This document shows positions 49,501 through 58,768 of a stretch of DNA of 64,000 nucleotides, piece after piece; position 1 is the first letter of the stretch, and the number at the start of each line of letters is the position of its first letter. The stretch spans positions 158,305 through 222,304 of the forward strand of contig CAVYML010000003.1 in the NCBI GenBank assembly GCA_963769605.1, written 5' to 3'. The notes under the pieces are model-generated. The model had not been told where the DNA came from and searched no databases. It was given only the letters and a program-made list of their open reading frames with translations. This DNA is from Ignavibacteriota bacterium. GTDB lineage: Bacteria > Bacteroidota > Ignavibacteria > UBA10030. Made by a program: the position numbers and the translations under genes.

Positions 49501-49706
49501 TTACCAAAGAGCTCTATGAATATCAAATAGGCGGTTATAAGGTCATCGAACATTACCTCAAGGATCGCAAAGACCGGCAGATCGGCGAGGATGTACGGCA
49601 GATTTGTAAAATTTCAACCGCACTTGCCAAAACTATTGAAGTCCAAACGGAAATAGATGCTCTTTTTAAAAAGGTTGAAAAAGGGAAAATCCTTGATAAA
49701 AGCTAA
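46530..49706 (+). CDS. type IIG/IIL restriction-modification enzyme (fused PD-(D/E)xK endonuclease and N6-adenine methyltransferase, MmeI/Eco57I-like)
   Basis: 1058 aa. The N-terminal nuclease motif is PDFRV…VVGYIEAKK (D…EAK). A central gamma-class methyltransferase carries LGNPPYSG (NPPY). The AT-richer C-terminal ~350 aa are consistent with a target recognition domain. No helicase motifs are present. Confidence 0.7.
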   Translation: MLKEFLTKIASTTAQGDAREESYYGHFSNFLESYAEETGKKHIQITTLPKKTEAGNPDFRVWDGRQKVVGYIEAKKPGENLDIIEDSEQLKRYRSTFPNLILTDFYEYRLYRNGDLLDKVFIGRQFIAKKLKTVPPVENEEKFLTLLEKFFSFSLPKVFTAENLAVELAKRTGFLRDEVVVKELEEQEQGKGAIFGFYTAFKQYLVSDLSQKDFADIYSQTITYGLFAARTKANGEFNRRLAYDLIPHTIGILRDVFSFISLGKLPQQMEVIIDDIAEVLHAADVNKILDEYYRKGKGEDPIVHFYETFLNIYDPNTREKRGVYYTPEPVVKYIVRAIHDLLKTHFDLPDGLASKELTLLDPAGGTLTFPAEAIKLAVEEFVGKYGDAGKTKLIKDQILKNFYAFELMMAPYAIGHIKISFLLEELGYTMQEDDRFKLYLTNTLDMEDLKQTEIPGLESLSDENHLAGQIKQKEPILVILGNPPYSGHSANSNDWTERLLKEDIDGATSYYTVDGQPLGEKNPKWLQDDYVKFLRFAQWKIHKAGQGIVGMITNHSYLDNPTFRGMRQSLMKTYNEIYIIDLHGNSLKKETTVDGGKDENVFDIQQGTAIAILVKNKNGKGCKAYHRDIYGLREEKYDWLEKKAFKKKDYETLDPRSPWYFLKQSNTEAIEHYNGWLKITEIFPVNSVGVVTARDDFAVSFNKEALEGRIRQFRNLKFDAEFLKSAYNLKSSGTWDLDKARQELAKDENYDEYYNRILYRPFDARFIYYCDTVIERMRFDVMQHMLKPNIGIITVRKAPPNSLCNYFFVSENMISNGAIRSDNQSIDTFFPLYLYETEQKKKHGAISTMMLFESAPEYGKSKSQRDRGKKANIAQALFEQLKNAYSKVPTPEQILSYCYAVLYSNIYREKYAEFLKIDFPRIPFTKNHELFLQMAEMGSELTELHLLKHKALNNPVVKYRGRGTDDTIRKIKYDEQNNRLYINEERYFEDVTKELYEYQIGGYKVIEHYLKDRKDRQIGEDVRQICKISTALAKTIEVQTEIDALFKKVEKGKILDKS

Positions 49707-50046
49707 TGCTATTTGTTTATCTGATTTTATAAAAAAAAGATATGAGGGACCGGCCGGATAAGTCCGCACTAAAAGAGCATAATAAAATCGCATTATTTTT
49801 GGTATCCCTCGATAATTACAGATTTTTTTGACCGGATTACAAAACACTAAAACACCTCTATCTTTGATAGTGGGCTGCGTTGGATAAACTAACGTCATAA
49901 GGCAATTATTTTATTGAAAATTTCTGTCTTGAGAATCAACTGAGTTGTCCAATGAAAAAAGATAGTTCAATATTCCTAATTTTGATTTGTTGCATTTCTT
50001 CTTCTATCACCATTAAATATTTTGATAAATGAGATTTCAACACAGA

Positions 50047-53000
50047 TTATTTAATGTATTTTTTAATAAATTTTGTAGGATTCATTCCAAAATATTCGGT
50101 AAAGGAAGCAGTAAAATAAGAGAGAGAATTAAATCCAACAGTATATGCTATCTCGGAAATATTCTTATCTTTCGTATGCAATAATTCGGCAGCTTTCTTT
50201 AAGCGTATAATTCGTATGAATTCTTTTACCGATTGGCCCGAGATAGCATGTATTTTTCGGTATAGCTGTGTACGGCTCATTTCAATTTCATATGCAAAAT
50301 CAGTTACTTCAAAGTTTGGATTATTCAGATTCTTCTCTACTATTGCATAAGCTTTTTTAAATAGTTCTTCATCAGTTTTTGATGGAGAAATATCCTTTAT
50401 AGTTGCAAAAGGTTCTTTTGCAAATTTCTTTCTTAATAATATTCTGGATTCAATTAGGTTTTTAATCCTAACCCGAAGAATAGTTGAACTAAAAGGTTTT
50501 GCTACATAATCATCAGCGCCGCTTTCTAAACCTTCAATTGTATGCTGTTCGGAACTTTTAGCAGTAAGCATTACAATTGGAATATGACTTGTTCTTTCGT
50601 CATGTTTAAGTGTTCTGCAGACTTTATAACCATCCATTCCCGGCATCATGACATCACAAATAATTGCTTCGGGCATTTCTTCGAAAGCTTTATCAAGACC
50701 GAGAGTACCATTATGAGCTTCGATAACATTATAGTTTTCTTTGAGTTCATTTTTAATAAACAACCGCATATCGGCATTATCTTCAATAATTAAAATTCGC
50801 GGTAATTTCTCTAAGATTACTATTCGTTTTTCTGATAAATCTGTAAGCTTAGTATTTTCTTCAGTGAAGATATCTTTGCCTTTTTCCTCATAAGGAACTT
50901 TCATTTTTCCCCGGATGGATGATAAGTAGGGTAACTCGTTTTCATCCGACCATAGTGGTAAAATAACTGTAAATTCTGCACCCTGGTTAGGTCCGCTTTC
51001 AATGCTTATAGCGCCTTTATGAAGCTTAACCAATTCGTATGTAAGTGATAGTCCGATTCCGGTGCCTTGTGTAGTTAATACATTTTTAACCTGGTAAAAT
51101 CTATCGAATATTCTAGACTGGGCATCTTTTGGAATTCCAATTCCGGAATCCTTTACGGTAATTTTGAATTTTCTTCCAGAAGTATCTCTTTCCAGATTTT
51201 GCCCCGAGATTATGCTGCCGCCCTCATCAAAATCCAGTGATACCGTGATGCGGCCATTATCGGGAGTGTATTTAAACGCATTTGAAAGCAAATTGTAAAT
51301 TATTTTGTCGAGTTTATCGGCATCAAACCAAATTTCATATGATGAATGAGAGTGTTTTAAAGTAAAATTAATGCTGCGTTGTTTTGCATCCTGATTGAAA
51401 GCGCCGATTATTTCTTTAATAAAATGAACAACATCGTTTTTAGTAAGATCCAATTCCAATTTGTCTTCTTCTATTTTTCTGAAATCCATCAATTGATTGA
51501 TCAATCTAAGCAAACGATTGGCATTTCTGTAGACCATGTTGAGCTGCAATTTCAGCATTTCATCTTTAGTGGTGCGAAGTAATTTTTCTATAGGTCCTAC
51601 AATAAGTGTTAAAGGTGTTCGGAATTCGTGGGACACATTTGAAAAGAACTGCATTTTTAAAGCATCCATTTCCTGTAATTTTTGTATCTCATTTTTTTCA
51701 TACTCTACAGTACGATTGATTTCGGCTTCGTGTAATATCAGTTTCCTAAAGAGATAAAGAAGGAAAATTGCAGACAAAAAATAAAAAGCATATGCCCAGT
51801 TAGTCCGCCAGAGTGGAGGATGAACAATAATTTTAAGAGATGCACCTTCAGTATTCCAGATTCCATCATTATTTGAAGCTATAACTCTGAAGGTGTACTC
51901 ACCCGGATGTAGATTTGTATAAGTTACCTCCCGCTTGTATGCGGGTAATGTCCAGTTTTCCTCAAAACCTTCCAGCTTATATCTATATTGATTTTTTTCA
52001 AGATTGAGATAGTTGAGAGCAACAAACTCCAAATTAATTACATTCTGATTATACTCCAGCGCAATTTCTTTACAAAAATTTATCTGCTGCGGCAGAGAGA
52101 ATTCTGCCGGTCTGTTATCGTTTTTTACAGGAACAGATTGGTTAAATAATTTGAAATCAATTAAGTATACAGCAGGTATGAACTTATTCGTCTTAATACT
52201 ATCCGGATGAAAGCGATTTAATCCATCGCGCCCGCCGAAATACATTTCTCCGGTCGAAATTTTAAAAGAAGCAAATGTGTTGAAATCATCTGTTACAAGT
52301 CCATCTTGTATGGAATAGTTTTTAAAAGTATTATTTTCAGGGGAGAACTTTGATAATCCCTTCGTGGTACTGATCCATAGATTATAATGGTTGTCTTCTA
52401 AGATATCAACAATCAGGTTGCTGGGCAGCCCGTCTTTAGTGAAATATTTTCTGATAGTATTATTATGAGGATCAAGTTTGTTTAATCCGTCTATTGTACC
52501 GAACCATACATAACCTTTTGAATCAAAAAAAATAGTCTTTACAATGTCATTACTAAGATTGTATCCTTCTTTTGAATCAACCCTGTAATGTTTTACAAAT
52601 TTGCTTTTTTCTGAGAGTACTGAAACTCCAGCTATAGTACCTACCCAAATATTATCCTCTTTATCGCACTTGGCAATAAATGTCCAGTCTCTAAAGATTG
52701 TTGTTGACGGACTGCCTGGATCACTCTTGTGGTGAACAAATTTCCCGGTAAGAGGACTAAATTTATCAACTCCTCCGCCATGGATTGCTATCCACAAATT
52801 CCCGCGGCTATCTTCGGAAATGTACCGCACATCATTACCGGCTATAGATTCTTCATCGTTTTCTCTATGTTGAAATGATGAGAACGATTTCGTTAAATCA
52901 TGATACTTTTTTAATCCATCCAGATATTTACCTACCCATATAGTTCCATTTTTAGTCTCATAGATAAACATGACGGCCCCTAGACCAAGTCCGGTTGACT

Positions 53001-54225
53001 GATCACCTTTAATATGTATTTTGGGCTTTACATTTTTTGCATCGAGAATATCTATTCCACCATCCTGGTATCCTACCCATATTCTTCTTTTGGAGTCTTC
53101 AATGACTGTAGTAATTAAATTATTAGTCAGTCCCTGTATTGAATTCGGGTTTTTATGCCAGGTGTAAAAAGGGTTGTCAAGAATAAAATAATTCAAATCT
53201 CCCTGTTTACTTGCAAGCCATAAATTACCCTGTTTGTCCTGAAAGATGTTGGACAGTGAATTTGATGATAAGCTGTAGCGGTCGAAATCATCAAACTGAT
53301 AATGAACTTCGTTTCTACCATCGATCAGTATCAATCCTTTCGATTCAGGACTGTACCATAACCTGTTTTTATTGTCCTTAAAAACAAAATTTATATACCT
53401 GCTTTTTTCTTTCGTATAAGGTTTACACTCACCGGTGGTTTTATCAAAAATCCAGATTCCTTTGCTCCATGTACTTATCCATATTAAATTATTATCCACC
53501 ACTAATGAATTGACCGAAAAATCCGCGGTTTCACGACTTAAAACATCAAAAAGTTTATAATGTTTAAATGACATGTTGGACGTGTTGAGAGCAGTTAATA
53601 TACCGGTATTATATGCTAACCATAAAACTTCATTATCAACTGCAATTCTATTGATGACATTACTTGCTATTGTTGTTGGATCAGGCTGTTTTCCCTGAAC
53701 AATCAAATAATGTGTGAATCCATTTATTTTAGGATTGAAAAGATGAAGCCCATGAGAATTAGTGCCTACCCACAACCGGTGAAACTTATCTTCGGCAATT
53801 GCAGTAATTTCACTACTTAAAAGAGCAGTAGTATCATTCATACTTGTTGTATAGGTATAAAAATTATCTTTTTCTTTATCATAGCGGCTTAAACCGCCTT
53901 GAAATGTTCCAACCCAAAGAATGCCCTTGCTATCTGTGTAAAGACAGTTAATAATATTACTTCTTAAGCTTGAAGTATCGCCCTGAATTTTCCGGTAAAC
54001 CTTAAACGTGCGACCGTCAAAACGGTTCAATCCGTCACCGGTACCAATCCATATAAATCCTTCTTTATCCTGGATAATGCATCGTTGATTATTCGAGGAT
54101 AGCCCCATTTGGGTGGAATACTTTATGAATTTTGAAGGCTGGGAATAAATTGAAAAAGAGGATAGTACAAGAAGCAAATTAAATTTAATGAGGGAAAAGA
54201 GAATAAATCTTATCGACAATTTCAT
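50047..54225 (-). CDS. hybrid two-component system regulator (periplasmic beta-propeller/Y_Y_Y sensor, HisKA, HATPase, REC, AraC-type HTH)
   Basis: 1392 aa. A signal peptide is followed by repeated propeller blades (…G.LW.GT..GL..…). A transmembrane segment (WAYAFYFLSAIFLLYLF), H-box SHEFRTPLTLI and REC domain (ILIIEDNADMR…DVMMPGMDG) follow. The C-terminus is an AraC HTH. Confidence 0.9.
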   Translation of the reverse strand: MKLSIRFILFSLIKFNLLLVLSSFSIYSQPSKFIKYSTQMGLSSNNQRCIIQDKEGFIWIGTGDGLNRFDGRTFKVYRKIQGDTSSLRSNIINCLYTDSKGILWVGTFQGGLSRYDKEKDNFYTYTTSMNDTTALLSSEITAIAEDKFHRLWVGTNSHGLHLFNPKINGFTHYLIVQGKQPDPTTIASNVINRIAVDNEVLWLAYNTGILTALNTSNMSFKHYKLFDVLSRETADFSVNSLVVDNNLIWISTWSKGIWIFDKTTGECKPYTKEKSRYINFVFKDNKNRLWYSPESKGLILIDGRNEVHYQFDDFDRYSLSSNSLSNIFQDKQGNLWLASKQGDLNYFILDNPFYTWHKNPNSIQGLTNNLITTVIEDSKRRIWVGYQDGGIDILDAKNVKPKIHIKGDQSTGLGLGAVMFIYETKNGTIWVGKYLDGLKKYHDLTKSFSSFQHRENDEESIAGNDVRYISEDSRGNLWIAIHGGGVDKFSPLTGKFVHHKSDPGSPSTTIFRDWTFIAKCDKEDNIWVGTIAGVSVLSEKSKFVKHYRVDSKEGYNLSNDIVKTIFFDSKGYVWFGTIDGLNKLDPHNNTIRKYFTKDGLPSNLIVDILEDNHYNLWISTTKGLSKFSPENNTFKNYSIQDGLVTDDFNTFASFKISTGEMYFGGRDGLNRFHPDSIKTNKFIPAVYLIDFKLFNQSVPVKNDNRPAEFSLPQQINFCKEIALEYNQNVINLEFVALNYLNLEKNQYRYKLEGFEENWTLPAYKREVTYTNLHPGEYTFRVIASNNDGIWNTEGASLKIIVHPPLWRTNWAYAFYFLSAIFLLYLFRKLILHEAEINRTVEYEKNEIQKLQEMDALKMQFFSNVSHEFRTPLTLIVGPIEKLLRTTKDEMLKLQLNMVYRNANRLLRLINQLMDFRKIEEDKLELDLTKNDVVHFIKEIIGAFNQDAKQRSINFTLKHSHSSYEIWFDADKLDKIIYNLLSNAFKYTPDNGRITVSLDFDEGGSIISGQNLERDTSGRKFKITVKDSGIGIPKDAQSRIFDRFYQVKNVLTTQGTGIGLSLTYELVKLHKGAISIESGPNQGAEFTVILPLWSDENELPYLSSIRGKMKVPYEEKGKDIFTEENTKLTDLSEKRIVILEKLPRILIIEDNADMRLFIKNELKENYNVIEAHNGTLGLDKAFEEMPEAIICDVMMPGMDGYKVCRTLKHDERTSHIPIVMLTAKSSEQHTIEGLESGADDYVAKPFSSTILRVRIKNLIESRILLRKKFAKEPFATIKDISPSKTDEELFKKAYAIVEKNLNNPNFEVTDFAYEIEMSRTQLYRKIHAISGQSVKEFIRIIRLKKAAELLHTKDKNISEIAYTVGFNSLSYFTASFTEYFGMNPTKFIKKYIK

Positions 54226-54327
54226 CTAAGGTTCACAGACAAAATATTTTTGTGAGTTTTAAGTAAGTCTGTTCAAAATTAGTAAAAATCCTTATAAATC
54301 ACAATTTGTAATGAATAAAGCTGAACA

Positions 54328-54402
54328 TGGGACACTGTTTAAATAATATGGGACACTATTGATATAGTTGGTACGCTATTTAAACAAATTGGAACAATAG
54401 TG
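54328..54402. promoter_or_regulatory. four direct repeats GGnACnCTrTT with 21 bp periodicity between the divergent hybrid regulator gene and the downstream secretion cargo genes
   Basis: The copies are gggacactgttt (54328), gggacactattg (54349), ggtacgctattt (54370) and ggaacaatagtg (54391). They lie 103-177 bp upstream of the hybrid regulator start codon. Confidence 0.4.
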
Positions 54403-54668
54403 TAACGCTCATCTCTATCCGAATGGCTATATTTAGCAGGCGAGGGCTATTATAAATCGCAAATTGTGTGTCAAACGTCGATTTTTACAAAAGGATAGAA
54501 GAAATGAGCATAAGCTTCATAACTGAGCTTATTGGAATAGTTCTCACAAATCTATTTCCAGTTTTTTATACAAAGTTGTTTGCAAGCGGAACGGCATAAA
54601 TTTTTTTGATATTTCCGCAAACGTTTGCAGGAAAAGAGTAGAATAAAAAAAATACCCTAAACGCAAAG

Positions 54669-55110
54669 ATGGACATACCAAAAGAATATCAATCTTTATT
54701 GCCTCAGAATGAAGCATATCCCATTGGAAGCGAGACCAGGGAGATCAGGTTAGCATCACCCGCCCCCCGATCCGTGCAATTTGTTATGGTTGAATCGGGC
54801 AACAACCCTGTAGCAGAAGGAAACGAAAAACGACCTTTTATCGTTGATCGGTTTGATCTGTATCAAAACTATCCTAATCCATTTAATCCACAAACAAGTA
54901 TCTCAATATTCGCTCCTACGAGCGAGCGTTGTTACTTTGAAGGTGTAGACATTTTGGGGTGTGAAGGAGCGTCATGAATAAATAGTGAAAGGGAATAAGT
55001 TGGTATTCATAAAGTTACATTTGATGCAACGAATTTACCGAACGGTGTGTATTTCTGCAGGCTGCAGGCAGAGAAATATGTAGAGACAAAGAGAATGGTG
55101 TTGATCAAGT
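54669..55110 (+). pseudogene. degraded remnant of a type IX secretion C-terminal-domain protein gene
   Basis: The ORF at 54669-54977 ends with the start of a Por_Secre_tail domain (LYQNYPNPFNPQTSISIF). The remainder of the domain ([30 protein letters not shown]) continues at about 55020-55110 in another frame. No catalytic N-domain is present. Confidence 0.6.
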
Positions 55111-55294
55111 AATGTGTTTGAACAAGCGGAAAAATGCGGCGCTCTATATTTTTGAATCCTGAAAATTACGAAGATTGAAAGGAGGTGGATTTGAATATTT
55201 AGTTCAAGGATCTTTCTTAGTTCGGTATAGAAGTAATCGACTGACATAATAATTCATCAGTTGAATGTACAAATCATTAACAAAGGAGAGAACA

Positions 55295-56803
55295 ATGAAA
55301 CGTATGGTATTTTTTATCACGCTAGCATTTTTATTAAGTGTTAGTATTATGCTTTTGCCCGTGCAAGTATATGCACAAAAGACTATCACGGTTGTCAATC
55401 AAGGTTTCGAGCAACCTGACTCAGGTAAGATAGAAGGCTTCGATGGAAAAACTACACATACCGGAACCGGCTTCAAAGTCATTGTAGTCCCGGGCTGGCA
55501 TGTTGATGCTCCAGATTCGTCAGTATTTGATTCGGGTGTAGAACCCGATGTCACAATGAGTGGGAAATATCATGCATATTTGATGGCCGGCGATTCGGGA
55601 ATATATCAGAATATAAACAGGCGTTGTTTTAGTGAGGATATAATCACATTGACGGTTAACGTAAAATATAGCTATGCCCCTCATTCAATTGCAAAGATAA
55701 AGATGGAAGTGTTTTATTTAGATGGTGACTCAGCAACAGCGCCGAGAGTTTCACTTGTCACCGAAACGCAAACGGTGCCTACTACTGCTACTAACTCACC
55801 ATTTTCGGTCTCCTATGTTGGCTTACAGAATCCGCTTGCTACAGGTCATAAACTCGGTATTTTATTTAAATGTGTGAGTCCCGACTCCAACGCGTGGATT
55901 AATATCGACAACGTACGACTAACGAACGGAGATCCAACTATAATAGGAGTGACTAATTACAGCTTTGAAATACCAGACTCAGGTAAAATTAAAGGTTGGG
56001 ATGGACCAGGGTCATGTAACGATAACACTTGGACAGGTAACAAGACAGACATTTCAGGCTGGAGTTCCGATACGTCGGTCCATGATTCGGGTATTGAAGC
56101 CAAAGGCTCGGGCAATCCCCAGGAAGGACAATATTCAGGATATTTAATGGGGAGTGATACTTCTGTATGGAACACGACAAATTATAAAATTCTGGCTGGT
56201 GATATAATCAGGCTTAGGGTAATGGGAAACAACTCATGGCAAGCCTCAATGTTACATTCGGAATTGTATTATGTAGATTCAACTAAGCCAAATCATAGAG
56301 TCACGCTTGCCTTTTCAAATGATACGCTCAATACCGATTATAGTTCGGCTGAATATTCGGTTTGGTTTGCAGCAGACACTGTACCTGCCTGTATCGGCAA
56401 AAAACTCGGCGTTTTGTTTGATAATGTGTCTCCTATAGGTAATTCATGGCTTGATATAGACTTTGTAAGGCTCAATGCTAATCATGCTGTTGATACCACT
56501 AGCATTCCTCCTACATCCGTATCCACTAAAACGAGTCCAAGTGTATTTTCACTTGCGCAAAATTATCCGAATCCATTCAACCCGTCCACCAAAATCTCCT
56601 ACACGCTGGCGAATAATAGTAAGGTTCGCCTCTCCGTGTATGATCTCCTGGGTAGAGAAGTGTCGGTTCTGGCAAATGAAATTCAAACCGCAGGACAGCA
56701 CGAGGTCACATTCTCGGCCAACCGTTTGAGCAGCGGTATTTACTTCTATAAATTGCAAACAGCCAGCGGAGTAATTACGAAAAAGATGCTGCTATTGAAA
56801 TAG
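55295..56803 (+). CDS. secreted protein with internal tandem duplication and type IX secretion C-terminal sorting domain
   Basis: A signal peptide is followed by two ~190 aa homologous repeats (VVNQGFEQPDSGKIEGFDG… / VTNYSFEIPDSGKIKGWDG…). The C-terminus is LAQNYPNPFNPSTKISYTL…SGIYFYKLQ…KKMLLLK. Confidence 0.75.
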   Translation: MKRMVFFITLAFLLSVSIMLLPVQVYAQKTITVVNQGFEQPDSGKIEGFDGKTTHTGTGFKVIVVPGWHVDAPDSSVFDSGVEPDVTMSGKYHAYLMAGDSGIYQNINRRCFSEDIITLTVNVKYSYAPHSIAKIKMEVFYLDGDSATAPRVSLVTETQTVPTTATNSPFSVSYVGLQNPLATGHKLGILFKCVSPDSNAWINIDNVRLTNGDPTIIGVTNYSFEIPDSGKIKGWDGPGSCNDNTWTGNKTDISGWSSDTSVHDSGIEAKGSGNPQEGQYSGYLMGSDTSVWNTTNYKILAGDIIRLRVMGNNSWQASMLHSELYYVDSTKPNHRVTLAFSNDTLNTDYSSAEYSVWFAADTVPACIGKKLGVLFDNVSPIGNSWLDIDFVRLNANHAVDTTSIPPTSVSTKTSPSVFSLAQNYPNPFNPSTKISYTLANNSKVRLSVYDLLGREVSVLANEIQTAGQHEVTFSANRLSSGIYFYKLQTASGVITKKMLLLK

Positions 56804-56850
56804 TATCAATTGATTTTTGTCCATCTTTAAACTTTTCAATGGACAAGCTT

Positions 56851-56900
56851 CCGTATTTGGAGCTGGAGGTATTTACTTTCAGCTCCTATACGGAGGCACC
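56851..56900 (+). terminator. putative intrinsic terminator after the 55295-56803 gene
   Basis: An imperfect stem ccgtatttggagctg / cagctcctatacgg is followed by caccttttag. The tail is weak. Confidence 0.35.
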
Positions 56901-56953
56901 TTTTAGTAGAGAGAAGGATTCTTAAAACTGATCCTGAAAGCCCATAAATCTAA

Positions 56954-58708
56954 ATGAGAACAAGAATAATGATGAGTTTTTTCTTTGTCGCCTTCTTGTT
57001 TCTTGGAGTTATAGAAATGACAGGGCAAATCCAAGACACTCTCAATCGAGGATTCTCTAGTGTTACACCTGAAAGTGTCCATTCTATTAAAAACTCTATG
57101 AATATGACGACCGTTGAACTCGACTCATCGAACTTGCCGATTATAATGATTGACACCCATGGTCAAACTATTCCGGATGGGACAAAGATCACTGCAAGAA
57201 TGAAAATTATTTATAATACCCCCCCAAAAAGAAATTATGTTACTAATTCGGGGAATGTCTACGATGGTTATGTAGGTATTGAAATAAGAGGTTCCTTTTC
57301 TGCGACGCTTCCTCAAAAGCCATACGGTTTCGAAACCAGGGACAGCTTAGGAAACAACCTCAATGTGCCAATAATAAACATGCCTGCGGAAAATGATTGG
57401 GTATTGATAGCCAATTATAATGACAAGGTCTTTATGCGCAACACACTCGCTTTTGACCTTTTCGCGAAAATGGGACATTATCAACCGCACACCCAACTTT
57501 GTGAATTGGATTCAAATGGTGTATATGAGGGGATCTATGTTCTAACAGAAAAAATCAAACGAGATAAGAATCGCGTTGATATTTCAAAGCTGACTATTAC
57601 AGATACTTCAGGAGATAATCTTACCGGAGGGTATATAATAAAAGTGGATAACACCAATGGTTCAGGGACAGATTACTGGTATAGTACAGATCAGGCATTT
57701 GACCGCCCCGGAGCTTATCCATATTTCGTATATACTTATCCTAAACCGGAAGATATTGTAAATCAGCAAAAAATGTACATTCAAGGATTTATCAAAACAA
57801 TTGATAGTGTTCTAAAAAGTCCAAACTGGGCTGATCCTACTGTGGGATATAGAAAATATTTCGATGCCGCATCATTCATCGATTATTTTATTGTAGGCGA
57901 AGTATCGCGAAATGTTGATACATATAAGAAGAGCGCCTTTTTCTATAAAGACAAAGACAGCAAAGACGGGCGGTTACATGATGGCCCTGTTTGGGACTTT
58001 GATTGGGCTTGGAAAAATATAAACGAATGTGAAGTCAATGCAACTGACGGTTCTGGATGGACATATCTCATCAGCAGTGTTTGCCAGTCATATCCAGTGC
58101 CTCCAGGATGGATGAACAAGTTTTTGCAGGACACAACCTTTACGAATGAATTACATACTCGTTATTCTTTTCTGCGTAAAAATATACTCAGTATAACATC
58201 TCTCAATCATTATATTGATTCAATACATACTTTGGTAAACGAAGCGCAGGTACGCCATTATCAACGATGGCCGATATTAGGTATAAACGTAGGCACTCCT
58301 GAAGTGGATGCACAGCCGACAACGTTCGATGGTGAAATTACAAAGTTTAAAAACTGGATTTTGACTCGTTTGACCTGGCTTGATGCAAATATGCCGGGGA
58401 AAGATATTCAACCGACAGGTGTACAGGGCACGGTCCCGGTACCAAAAGACTTCGTGCTATTTCAGAATTATCCGAATCCGTTCAATCCGACGACAGTCAT
58501 TAATTACTATTTGCCGGTTGCCAGTCATGTTGTGGTCAAAGTGTACGATATACTCGGCCGGGAAGTGGCAACATTAGTGAATAAACAGAAGCCGGCGGGA
58601 TCGTACCATGTTGCTTTCGATGCCCACTTGCTGCCAAGCGGAGTGTACTTCTATAGTTTGCAATCGAAAAGTTTCAAAAAGACAAAGGAAATGGTGTTGA
58701 TCAAGTGA
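56954..58708 (+). CDS. CotH-family (atypical kinase fold) protein with type IX secretion C-terminal sorting domain
   Basis: The central region YVGIEIRGSFSATLPQKPYGFETRD…WVLIANYNDKVFMRNTLAFDLFAKMG…YEGIYVLTEKIKRD matches CotH domain signatures. The C-terminus is LFQNYPNPFNPTTVINYYL…SGVYFYSLQ…KEMVLIK. Confidence 0.7.
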   Translation: MRTRIMMSFFFVAFLFLGVIEMTGQIQDTLNRGFSSVTPESVHSIKNSMNMTTVELDSSNLPIIMIDTHGQTIPDGTKITARMKIIYNTPPKRNYVTNSGNVYDGYVGIEIRGSFSATLPQKPYGFETRDSLGNNLNVPIINMPAENDWVLIANYNDKVFMRNTLAFDLFAKMGHYQPHTQLCELDSNGVYEGIYVLTEKIKRDKNRVDISKLTITDTSGDNLTGGYIIKVDNTNGSGTDYWYSTDQAFDRPGAYPYFVYTYPKPEDIVNQQKMYIQGFIKTIDSVLKSPNWADPTVGYRKYFDAASFIDYFIVGEVSRNVDTYKKSAFFYKDKDSKDGRLHDGPVWDFDWAWKNINECEVNATDGSGWTYLISSVCQSYPVPPGWMNKFLQDTTFTNELHTRYSFLRKNILSITSLNHYIDSIHTLVNEAQVRHYQRWPILGINVGTPEVDAQPTTFDGEITKFKNWILTRLTWLDANMPGKDIQPTGVQGTVPVPKDFVLFQNYPNPFNPTTVINYYLPVASHVVVKVYDILGREVATLVNKQKPAGSYHVAFDAHLLPSGVYFYSLQSKSFKKTKEMVLIK

Positions 58709-58768
58709 CGGTTCAATACTTATTTGAACATTTGATCACAACAAAACGCATTCGTCTTTATTAAGGAA

